A program made the position numbers and the translations under genes. Under the pieces are notes generated by a model. It had not been told where the DNA came from. It did no database searches and saw only the letters and a program-made list of their open reading frames with translations. A stretch of DNA of 48,691 nucleotides from Welwitschia mirabilis (taxonomy: Eukaryota): NCBI GenBank assembly GCA_051453625.1, contig JBOZIK010000001.1, forward strand, positions 35,650,863-35,699,553. The letters are read 5' to 3'. How positions within the stretch are numbered: position 1 is the stretch's first letter; each line of letters opens with the position of its first letter. Positions 37,860 to 48,691 of the stretch are shown here, piece after piece.

Positions 37860-40112
37860 ATGTCACCAAGCATCAAAGTAATAGAAGTTAGGGTAAGGCT
37901 TAAAAGGCCATTATTAAGAAGAGCTAATGAAAGTTGTATTAAATGTGATTTTAGTTTGTAAGATTTTACTTTTTATACTATTAATATAAAATAATACTTT
38001 CACATCCTCTAATACTTTGTTTTTCTTTGTATTTCTTCTTTATTTACTATTCCTCACTAAATAAACAATTCAAAAAGTGATCCTAGGAATTTTATTTTAT
38101 CAACTCTAGATCATGTGCTATTAGAACAAGACTTGCATTTATGTGAAGTTGGCTATTACTTTATTCTTTTATAGAGGATGTCTCCCCATTGTAGAAGTAC
38201 CCTATGAGGAAAGAATCGATGGTGAAAGATATCTAAAAAATAATGGGGGTTTTGAGAAAACTTGATATCCATAATACACCTAAATGAATAGATCCAATTT
38301 ACAAGAGAATGAGAAGTAGACAAATATTGATCCATGGTGGAAGATCTATCAAAGAACTATGTTATGCATGAAGATCTAAGTACAGAGAAAGAGAGGAATC
38401 TCTTTTCGGAAGACCTCATGAAGATGGAAAAAGAACCTAGCAATCATAATGTCATTTGAAGAAAGCTTAAAAGTAGAAGAAATTTAAGAGTGAATACAAA
38501 TCATAGTACTTTTAAATGGAGAATACTACTAAAGTAAGTAAGCTAAATATTTATTTAACTTATTTATGAGAAGTCGTAGTGATTTGATATAATCATGTTT
38601 AAAAGAATTACTATGATCAAGGCCTTTCATCCTCTTAGAACCACATGAATAACAGATTCTAGGATATTTTTATGCTAGTTTCTCATAAAGCAAAGACAAT
38701 AAGAGAGATATAGATACTTTAACAAGAAGAAAATTTTGTCACAAAACACATAAAGAATTTTATGAATCTACCAATCAAGAAAGACATTTTAATTTTGAGC
38801 TAGAAGAAAAAACCAAATACATTAATAGTTTAAGGTTGCCTATTCAAGACACAATTTTCATCATTACTCCTAGATCCATGTAGGAATCATACTAGTTATT
38901 CCTACAAGTAGAAGAGTAGTTATAGTAAAAGAATAACTCCAATAATGAAAGATTCATAGGAAAGAAATCATAAAAAAGGGATCATTAGCAAGAAGAAAAG
39001 ACAATCCAAGACTTAAAATACAATGGTAAAAAAGATGTCAAATGTAGAAAAGGCACCAATATAGAAAGAGGTAAGAAGATAAATTCTTATAATTATACTA
39101 CAAATTCCATAATCTAAGACACAAGTCATGTAAGTATTAATTAAGTAAGAAGGATACATACATAACTAATCATCTTTAAGGATAGTAAGACAAATGGAAA
39201 GTCTAAGAGGAATAAACTAGACAAGTTTGCTAGTGAAAAAGGAGAAAGCATAATTATTAAAAGAACTCTTATGAAATATTTTAAAACTATTAAAAATTGG
39301 CATACTTGAGACAACTCTTTAAAACCATAGATGTAAGTGAAAATATCAAGTATGCAAGGTTATCATCAATAATGGAAGCATGAACAACTCACTTTCTAGT
39401 CAAATGATGAAACATTAAATGTAGAAACCATGTCACATCTAAACCCCTATCAATTCTCTTAGTTCTAGAAGGGAAACCATGTTACAATTATAGAACTATG
39501 TCTAATTAGATTCAAAATTACTAAATTTCATGATCAAGTTCATTATGGTATTTCTAAGGATGCTTGTCATCTATTATTGGTAGAACATGCTAATACAATA
39601 TCAAGTGCAAGTATGATAAGGAGAGAAATACTTGTATTGTAGCTAATAAGAACAAAATAAAATTTAATCCTTTATTAGATTTAGATAAGATTCTAGAACA
39701 CCAGTAAGTGTAGTCTTCTTGGGAAGAAAGGAGGTGATAGATGAAATAAAAGAGTAAGGCTATGGCATCAAAGTAATGTTGGATGTATCTTTAGAGAAAT
39801 AATTGAAGTGACTAGTGAAGGAAAAATATGTGTTGAAATTTTTTACAAGTATTTTTATTGATAATTTACCTTTTGATTTACTACCTATTGAAATCATAAG
39901 CTAGCAGATACATCTAGTTTCTAGTGCTGTACTTCTAAATAAATCATTATATAAAATAGAATTTCATGAAATAGAAGAGATAAGTAAACAGGTACAAGAG
40001 TTATGAGATAATTAGTTGATTAAAGAAAGTTTACTACTAGGATTTGTTTTAGTGGTACTAACTCGAATGAAGGATAATAAGAAGTTACACATGTGTGTTG
40101 ATTCAAGATCAT
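37860..40112 (+). mobile_element. CRM-like chromovirus (Ty3/Gypsy) fragment, truncated in RT
   Basis: ...ATCA followed by a decayed Met-PBS TGCTATTAGAAC (~38110-38127), then IINNGS (protease, ~39362), HLNPYQ, DACHLLL(GR), IHLVSSAVLLNKSLYK..EIEEISKQVQEL and MKDNKKLHMCVDSRS (cf. PKKDG.WRMCVD.RAIN). Confidence 0.75.
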
Positions 40113-40138
40113 AGATGAGACAATCATGACAAAAACCC

Positions 40139-43100
40139 ATGATGAGGGTTTCTTTAATATACCCTATAAAACATCTCATATGCTTCCTCATAATCTTCAT
40201 CTTCTTTTTATTGGAAACTCATAATTATTTTCTTAAATTATACAACTTATCATCAAAAAGAAATTTCTTCATAAAAGCATTTTGTAGAGTTTTAACTAAA
40301 AGTCAACCTTATTATTCAATGTGGTTCTAAAAGCAATCATTTTGGTTTTATTAGTAGCTATAGGTGCTAAAAGTTCTATCATGTTTTTAAATTTAATTAA
40401 ATATGTCATCAAATCCTCATCATCTCTACCATTAAATTGGAATGACAATTGCACATTTCTAACCTTAACATCTAGTCCAGGTAGGAATATTAAAGGTTCA
40501 ACATAGATTTTTTCACACTAAAAGTAAATTTTTTTTAATATTTATCTAGTTTGGGCTATCTTATTCAATATTGTATTTGAAAATTTTCAAAAGAAACTTG
40601 ATTTATTGGAGGCATTCTAATTTGATTTGGTTGCAGAATTTGTGAATCATTATTTTTTCTAATTATGCAATAGAGTTGAATGAAAATTCTCTGAAACATT
40701 AGTTTGTAGGAAAATATCATGGTAAGAAGGTGGAATTATACGTGGTTCCAATAAAGATCTATGTTGATTGCACCAAATATGCATCTAATTTTGTCTTACT
40801 CTAATATGCTTGAGGAGTAGGTCAATTCCAATTCATTTATAATGTAGAAATTAGAGAAATAGGGTTAAATAAAAATCCTTTAGAAAGTTGGTTTATTAAA
40901 AATTATCATGTTAGGAAGGTAGGATTATAACTACTTCTAACAAAGGGCTATACTAATTGTACCAGAGATGGGCTTATTCTTGTCGTACCCTAATATGCTT
41001 GAGTGATAGGTTGATTCTAATTCATTTATAATTTAGAACTTGCAAAATTTGTCATGGGTCGTATTAATGAAAATGTAGGTGTAGGGATGTGACATGAAGT
41101 TGTATGCAAGAAAGAAATTCAATTATTTCCTAGATTTAGTAAAGTATCAACATTTGTTATTCTGAATCCAGGTCTCTCATTTTATTTTTCATTAGTTATT
41201 TCCAATTTAAATAAATAGTCTATATTCCATTACTCAACTTAGCTGATAATGTATTGATTAGTTGCATTTGATCAATTCTTGGAATTGGAGGTTGTCATAT
41301 AGTTGTTACCCTTCCTACTTATTGCTGTTATGGTTTTGAATCATAAACATATTTCATTTGATTTTCCCTTTTTGATCCAACCCCCATTCTTTCCTTATTA
41401 TGTAACAAAGTTCTATTGGTTGATAAGGTCAAGATACTAGTTGGTTGAATTTTTTTTATAAAATGGATTTTCTTTGACATTTGCATCTTTACTTGCTTGC
41501 TCTGGAGTTGTGAAACTACTTCATGATTCTCTACTCATTTTTAATAAAAATATTTATAAGGCTAATTAGAATTGAATTGAATTAAAATAGTTTCTAACAA
41601 ATCCTCAACTGGAAAAAACTTAACTTCTAATGAATGTTTTTCTAAAAATCATAATGGTTTTGAAAGGATATGTGCCTTATATGGACTTGTTGCAGTGTGA
41701 ATTTATATAATCTAAAAACCCTTTAGATAACCTATAAATCATGTAAATTATAGAAAACACACTCTAGTATAGATGGGAGTTCATCCAAATGTCATAATCT
41801 AATGAAGGCACTAGGCTNNNNNNNNNNNNNNNNNNNNNNNNNNNNNNNNNNNNNNNNNNNNNNNNNNNNNNNNNNNNNNNNNNNNNNNNNNNNNNNNNNN
41901 NNNNNNNNNNNNNNNNNNNNNNNNNNNNNNNNNNNNNNNNNNNNNNNNNNNNNNNNNNNNNNNNNNNNNNNNNNNNNNNNNNNNNNNNNNNNNNNNNNNN
42001 NNNNNNNNNNNNNNNNNNNNNNNNNNNNNNNNNNNNNNNNNNNNNNNNNNNNNNNNNNNNNNNNNNNNNNNNNNNNNNNNNNNNNNNNNNNNNNNNNNNN
42101 NNNNNNNNNNNNNNNNNNNNNNNNNNNNNNNNNNNNNNNNNNNNNNNNNNNNNNNNNNNNNNNNNNNNNNNNNNNNNNNNNNNNNNNNNNNNNNNNNNNN
42201 NNNNNNNNNNNNNNNNNNNNNNNNNNNNNNNNNNNNNNNNNNNNNNNNNNNNNNNNNNNNNNNNNNNNNNNNNNNNNNNNNNNNNNNNNNNNNNNNNNNN
42301 NNNNNNNNNNNNNNNNNNNNNNNNNNNNNNNNNNNNNNNNNNNNNNNNNNNNNNNNNNNNNNNNNNNNNNNNNNNNNNNNNNNNNNNNNNNNNNNNNNNN
42401 NNNNNNNNNNNNNNNNNNNNNNNNNNNNNNNNNNNNNNNNNNNNNNNNNNNNNNNNNNNNNNNNNNNNNNNNNNNNNNNNNNNNNNNNNNNNNNNNNNNN
42501 NNNNNNNNNNNNNNNNNNNNNNNNNNNNNNNNNNNNNNNNNNNNNNNNNNNNNNNNNNNNNNNNNNNNNNNNNNNNNNNNNNNNNNNNNNNNNNNNNNNN
42601 NNNNNNNNNNNNNNNATAAATCAAAGCTTGTTACTATCTAAGACCAACTTAAATCATAAGGGAGATGCACAATAATGAGATGAAGGAAGAAATTGTATTA
42701 ATCTAATGAAATCAAAACAACATCCACTTATGACATCAGAACAACAGCACCTCAATGATAGGGACACAGCCTGACACCAAGAAGACTCCTTTCTGCAGCA
42801 TGAGATGGACTTTTTATCCTTTAAGCTTTCATCATAATTATTGGATCCAAAAGATGAAATGGAAATGAAGGAGAAAAAGGATATTTATAGATTTTCCATT
42901 GAGGAAATTAGAGGCAAAACCCTAAAGGTAGGAAACAAAAACCCTAACAACCCACATGAGTTGTTTGATCCCATTTATAATGAAATTTATTTCTGCAATG
43001 TAAAAATAGNNNNNNNNNNNNNNNNNNNNNNNNNNNNNNNNNNNNNNNNNNNNNNNNNNNNNNNNNNNNNNNNNNNNNNNNNNNNNNNNNNNNNNNNNNN

Positions 43101-44460
43101 NNNNNNNNNATGCATAAATCTTCACTAAGATATCAAAATGTTTTACATAGTTTAGAAACCCTATTAATTAAAGCTCACAAAATGTGGGTTATAACAGTCG
43201 GTCACATGGATTGCCTGCGCATAGTCTCGATGTTGTCGTCCCATATGTCATCTGGACGAACGTGCAGGCGATGCCCTGTCACCATGTGCTATTGTCGGTG
43301 CCGCAGGCTTCTGTGCATATCAGAAGTCTGGTCATCCTAGGTGTCATGTGGATGACGGAAAGAACGACTCCCTTCTTTTGCTCTTTTCTCCAAGGTAAAT
43401 CAATATTTATATTGTAAAGTCCTTCCTCCAATCCTGCAGTGTCAGAATAAGACCGAAAAACTACCAATAATGTCAAATATCACATGTTTTACTAATTATT
43501 ATATCAAATCCCCATAGTCATCAGTATTGCATCAAAACTTGTATGAATCTCCTGCAAAAGTACTCAAAATACACCATCAAATTCCTACAAATTGGCATTG
43601 CAACAGGACTTTTTTTAGGTTTAGTACTAAACTCTCTACTTCTTTAAAGACTTTAGAGTTAGAAGCCATGTCTAGCTCTTTCCTATATAGTTTATTAAAT
43701 TTATTAGTTTAATTATATCTAATAGATTTTTCTTCTCTTACCTCAAAATTGTTGTTGGATTTGGGTAAGAATTATTTCTAATATTCTAGTTACAAGGTAA
43801 TTTCCTCATTATTTCCCTAGTTTTCTAACTACTATTATGAATTTTTGGATTCAATAGAAATGTCTTCCTTTAATAAACTAGTCTAAACTTGTGAAAGTCT
43901 TCTAGTTATGTATGTTTTACCTAAATTTCATGATTGTTAAAGGGTAGTTAGTTGATTATGGAGTTTAGGATTGGATAATAAACATTGTAAATGATGAGAG
44001 GATGGATTCCTAATTCATGTATGTTATGCACTATTCTTCCCTTTATGACTACCTTCTCTGGATAATATAGGTGATGTCTTAAAATTCATTAATTGAAATT
44101 CAACTTAAACTTAAATAATGCATTTATAAACTTAAGCATGCATTAAATTTAAATCAGAAATGCTTTGGAATTAACTTTTCAGTTAAGAAAAGAAAACACA
44201 ACTCTCTTGAGCCTAAAGAAATTAGATAAATTATTTCAAAACAACTATCTTTGAGTTTGAAATTTTTTGAATGAAAAAAAAATCACAAATTTATTTTAAG
44301 ATTTAAAATATTTTAAAACCAAAATTTATTTCAAAAATAAAAAAATTCTTTCTTATGAAATAAATGTACTCTTTTCTTTCTATGAAATGAAATGGATTTT
44401 TAATTGAAATTCATATTGTAATTTTTTTTAAAAGATAATTTAGGGGTTTAAGGTACTCAC
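40139..44460 (-). mobile_element. Athila-like element, copy B (gag plus upstream region), interrupted by an LTR insertion
   Basis: 40139-41687 is collinear with ~33620-34957 and 43606-44460 with ~34957-35830. Gag relic FNGRDDEDLMTYLIKFKNM...SFQ*KEDEDYEEAYEMF. Confidence 0.85.
41688..43605. mobile_element. Solo LTR (or gap-collapsed element) with a 5-bp TSD
   Basis: GGACT|TGTTGCA...TGCAACA|GGACT, with TSDs at 41683-41687 and 43606-43610. Contains gaps 41818-42615 and 43010-43109. Confidence 0.9.
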
Positions 44461-45357
44461 CCCATCATACTCTAGACTTTGATTGCCCTTAATAAGCATA
44501 ATTGTTTTTAGTTTTCTAAAATAATTACAATATGGACATTAAAGTTCAACTGATTACTTGTATTAAGATTTACCCATAGATAGTTTGTCTTAACTAATTC
44601 TTTTAATTAATATACAATTAAACGTTTAAGAATTATGGATTAGTATGTCATTATTTAAGAATTTAATTGAGAAAACATATGTAAAATGTAAAGGGATAGT
44701 TGAGTGGTTGGTTGCATCGATAGCTAAATAATCATGCTAATGTATCCTCATCCAAAGGAAGTTAGACCATACGTAATTCTATTTTGGATCTTGTTTCTAT
44801 CACCACCAATATGCATGAGCATATAATAAATTAAGATGGTCTGTATCAAGGGACATATAATGATCAAGAACATAGTTCACTGTAAAAGTAATGTAAGAAT
44901 GCAATAATTTAAAATTGAATGCCATAATGGAATTTAAAAATGCATTCCCTATACTACAAGACAGCTCTAAAATGCATTCAAATTGATGTAATGAAAAATT
45001 AACATGGGTACCTAAGTATATAGTAAATCCCTTTAGTGGTTACTTGGTCATACTCATCCATTAGATACATAACAGCTAAGCATGTTAAAAGATCCCTGAA
45101 ATCCTTCCCTCATCTCAGTCTATGCTAGTGGGAGGGAAAATCTTCATTGGTAACCCCATTAACCAAACATGTAAAGAGACTCCTCAAGTTTCTTCCTAAT
45201 CTTGGTTTAAGGTAAGGGGAGGGATAATATATATTTTGAATTATAAAAATCATGTTTTACATCATTATATGCTCAAGATATCAAATACCTACTTGAAATA
45301 TTCATTTCACATGCATGAACATATAAGAAAATGCATTTAAGGATGAATAGCATGAAT

Positions 45358-45870
45358 GCATTAAAGCACACTGGAAGTAGACATAATCATCAAGTAATGT
45401 ACTTAACTTGCAACATTATATAATTATAAAACGCATAACATAATTCCATTGAAACACACTAGAAGCAAGCATGATCATTAAGGAATGCACTTAATCTACA
45501 TCATTGTATAATTATAAAATGCATAGCATAATTGCATTGAAGCACACTAGAACCAAGCAGCAAGCATGATCATTAGGGAATGCACTTAACCTACATTATT
45601 GTATAATTATAAAATGCATAAAATAATTACATTGAGGCATACTAGAAGGAAGAATGATCATTAAGGAATACACTTATCTTGCATCATTATATAATTATAA
45701 ACTGCATAACATAATTGCATTAAAGCATGGTAAAAGAAACATGATTGTTAGTAAATACACCCAACAAACATCATTGTGTAATTATAAACTCCATAACATA
45801 ATTGCATTAAAGCATGGTAAAACAAACATGGTTGTTAGTAAATACACCCAACAAACATCATTATATAATT
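45358..45870. repeat. Minisatellite, ~6 units of ~88 bp
   Basis: Unit starts at 45358, 45446, 45534, 45629, 45717 and 45804 (GCATT(A/G)AAGCA...TAATTATAAA..GCATAACATAATT). Confidence 0.9.
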
Positions 45871-46155
45871 TTGAATCCTTGCATGAAATGATTAAGAAAG
45901 AAAAACATGACATACACACTACCTAAAAGATATGTGATCCAAAAACCATTGTAAGTGATGAAAATAACACAAATATATGCTTAACCATAACACTAAAATA
46001 ATGAAAAATCTATAAGCATGGAATATATGAAAACACTATTAGGATACACCATTAGAATTGACAGAACCTTATTAATAATTTTAAAATCTTGACATGCATT
46101 GCTAGCCAACACCAAAGTGTTCCTTTTAGAACACTCTCACCTTCTCATCAAAATC

Positions 46156-46181
46156 ATATATATATATATATATATATATAT
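46156..46181. repeat. (AT)13 microsatellite
   Basis: Read directly; shorter (AT)n runs also occur at ~6812 and ~11068. Confidence 0.95.
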
Positions 46182-47270
46182 CACGCATATTTATAAAATG
46201 ATTACAAAATGATTATACTAACTATGATGACCACACTGACCAATAACATAATTAGCAAGGTGACATTATCATGTCGATGTGATGACAGCACACCTAGTGT
46301 TTCCTACACATCCTAGTGGTTTAGCAATTTCCATTTATCATAGTATCACATTTTCATCTCATAGTTTAACCTAAGACTAGACCTCCCACATTAAAAGACT
46401 ACAAATTATATGTATCAAAAGCTATTAATTGTAGTTATTATTTTCCTAGTTTTATACCTTAAACTATTCCATAACATTTAACTATATCCCAATAAAGGTA
46501 ATTTACATTTATAAACAAAACTAGTTCTTGAGCATTTTCCGATTCTTATCATTAACATCATTTCCTTTATTGTACACTTTGTCATATAACTTGCATTGAC
46601 TATCCTTTTCTATCCTTACTTTTTTAAAATAATCTTGCTCATTTGCATTCCTTGCTCATTCATGATTCTATTTTACTCTCTCTGGTATTTATCTATCCTT
46701 ATATAAGTATATTTTACTACTACTTTTTCCTTATATACCTTTTTATACTCATTATTCTATTAGACTAACTTATTCTATAAATTTTTATAACCCTTATCCT
46801 TTCTACCTATTACTTTATTTATTATCTTGGTATCCTTACTTACACTGTTTACCCTTTCATTTATCTATATTTGATTTTGTACTTGCTATTTCACTTTAAA
46901 TAGTTTTCCTACAAGTCACTTCAATATAATATTCTCGCCTCTTAATCATATACAATGCTATACCTTTACATTACTTGCTCTTATAATCATCTTATATACA
47001 TCCTAAAATCAAAATCCGTTTTTGATGGCTCTAAATGATACAATGGACACTAATAATTGGTCTGATAGCAAACACACAAAAACACTGGTTTTCAAGGGCC
47101 CCATCTCGCTTATAAAACATAATTTTCACTCATCTTACAAGTTTTGAAGTATTCAGGAAAACACATAAGCAAACCATCTTTAACTTTGATTATACATTTA
47201 CATCATGTTTTTAAGTTTCTAAGTATAAATAATTAGAATAAGACATAAACATTATCATTTTAGTCTTATT

Positions 47271-48340
47271 TTTATTTATATGGGGAGGTTTTGTTGAGTA
47301 TAAACCAGAAAAGCAAGTGCATTAAAACCGCCAAATAGAAGAAGTAACAGTCTTTGATCCAGGAAGAGGCCACAGGAGTTCTTGCTTCTGAGGAACTGTA
47401 TCTTTTGTGTTTGTCTTATGTTTCTTCTGTCTTGCTCGTGAGAATCCGTTGTCAATGCCTGCGTGTTTTCATATTGGAGTGAATGATAACAGAAGCTGCA
47501 ATCCGAAGACAATGGCATTCATCAAAGTCAATTTGAGGCGATGTTGTGGAACAATATAAGAGAAGTACATGAAGCTCCTTCAGGTTTTAGTAAGGAAGTT
47601 ACAGCCATTCGCCGAGCAAAGCGTTTTTGTTTCTTGCAACTGTAAACCACTCTCCCACCAGCATCCCTCTAGCGTTTCAATGGTCTGTCTGAAACGTAGC
47701 TGGAAGATTTCACTGCTCTCAACATTGATCACGAATTTAAGAGTAGATACGACTTCGATGAGAAAGGAGGAGGAGGAGAACGTACCGCGCCTTGGACGTC
47801 GAAAGCGAGCGTGTGAGCGACAGGGGGGCCATGGAACGAACGAGGGCTGGGCATGAGAGCTGCAGCAGTCAAATCATGGAAACAGTCGATGGCAGCCTGT
47901 AATCACTGTCAACAGCACACTTCATAAGGTCCTCCATGATTTTGCTTCTGAGGTTCCTCTCGATGCATTTGAGTTTCGGCCTCCTTTTCACCGTCTCTGG
48001 CTCTTTTTCATAACGAGAAGGGATAGACTCAGACAACACTCGTCCGATTCTTTTGTGCTGCTTCTTGTCGCCGTCGGTATACTGTTATTCGCAGTTTAGG
48101 CTTCGCCGTTTTCTAAGTTGGATTTCAATGTCAAGACGCAATTACTACTCCTCCCCCTACTGATTTTGGGCAGATATAGCGAAACGGGATTCCCATTGCC
48201 GTCACGGCAGCAGCAGAAGAACTCGCCATGGACTTTGCCCCGTTTACAATGCTCTTCTATCCTTATCTAATTCCGCTCATTCCAAGAAGTTCTCTCCGTT
48301 TCTGCGTCTTCTTTTTTCACCCCCAGTACTGTTCACTCGT
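47271..48340 (-). ncRNA. Candidate long non-coding RNA / phasiRNA (PHAS) precursor
   Basis: Non-repetitive, CpG-retaining, GC-richer island with no ORF over 95 aa or recognisable domain. It has a miR482/2118-like site near the right end and a minus-strand AATAAA at 47271-47276. Boundaries are inferred. Confidence 0.45.
48264..48285 (-). promoter_or_regulatory. Putative miR482/miR2118-family target site
   Basis: Minus strand TTGGAATGAGCGGAATTAGATA. Its complement TATCTAATTCCGCTCATTCCAA matches family-type sequences such as TTCCCAATTCCGCCCATTCCTA at 17/22 positions, with positions 6-13 intact. Confidence 0.5.
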
Positions 48341-48359
48341 GATTCAATCAAATGCTTTG

Positions 48360-48560
48360 ATCTTAGTTCATAAAGGGCAGGTTGCTTTTGGTGAGACAAC
48401 GTAATTAGTGTTAAGTCAGGATATCTACTAAGATCCTTAACTCACTCCTATTATGTTATGCCAGCTAAGAACACCTATTATGTTATCCCAGCTAAGAACA
48501 CAAGCCCAGTAGAGAAAGGGCCCAAAAGAAATCTCAAGAAATCAACATGGGCTTAAGATT
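48360..48560 (-). promoter_or_regulatory. Putative Pol II promoter region
   Basis: Three site-II-like motifs (AGCCCA ~48504, GGCCCA ~48519, TGGGCT ~48548) and a weak TATA-like CCTTTATGAA on the minus strand at ~48367-48376. Confidence 0.35.
48447..48500. repeat. 27 bp tandem duplication
   Basis: CCTATTATGTTAT(G/C)CCAGCTAAGAACA twice, with one mismatch. Confidence 0.95.
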
Positions 48561-48691
48561 ACGAAGTTAATTTTTGAATTAGTATTTTAATTTATTGTCA
48601 GCAATCTAAATTGTTCCATTAAATTAAATGAGTATGCTAAAATCATGGTTTGTTAAGTTATGGACTCATGCTCCATTCCTTAGTTAGTTGG

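Noticed and set aside
42918..42947. AAACCCTAA telomere-like motifs (also ~1743, ~3999)
   Set aside because: Isolated single units within LTRs, not an interstitial telomere array.
45654..45926. 90-aa ORF with an internal repeat
   Set aside because: Translation of the 88-bp minisatellite.
47430..47490. Partial miR828-like (TCTTGCTC.TGAG) and miR2275-like (ATATTGGAG) matches
   Set aside because: They need a central gap or have poor seed pairing.
47569..47856. 95-aa plus-strand ORF, and short minus-strand frames such as MASSSAAAVTAMG from 48229
   Set aside because: No recognisable domain and early stops in all frames. A small or spliced gene cannot be excluded without BLASTX/RNA-seq, but it is unsupported.
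48010..48030. miR390/TAS3-like site (GTCTATCCCT on the minus strand)
   Set aside because: Three seed-region mismatches plus wobbles, and no tasiARF sequence present.
48139..48160. Second miR482-like match (CTACTCCTCCC core)
   Set aside because: Only about 14/22 identity, with mismatches in the seed, and low complexity.

Overview
Very AT-rich, gap-containing plant nuclear scaffold with no intact recognisable protein-coding gene. Most of it is nested, heavily C>T/G>A-decayed LTR-retrotransposon debris. This includes Athila-like Ty3/Gypsy elements (tRNA-Asp PBS; a shared TGTTGCA...TGCAACA LTR family, one copy with a GGACT target-site duplication), an internally deleted SIRE/Maximus-like Ty1/Copia element with an env-like region, a CRM-like Gypsy fragment and a Copia RT relic. 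Two non-TE islands stand out. (1) A mosaic plastid insertion (NUPT) at 7744-8016 fuses a 16S rRNA fragment to an opposite-strand rps7 fragment; the rps7 is unusually divergent and from memory resembles gnetophyte rps7 (unverified). (2) A CpG-retaining, non-repetitive ~1.1 kb island at ~47270-48400 has no long ORF, promoter-like motifs on its right side and a miR482/2118-like site near the predicted 5' end of a minus-strand transcript, making it a candidate non-coding phasiRNA (PHAS) precursor. All alignments and mismatch counts were done by eye, and boundaries of degenerate TEs are approximate.
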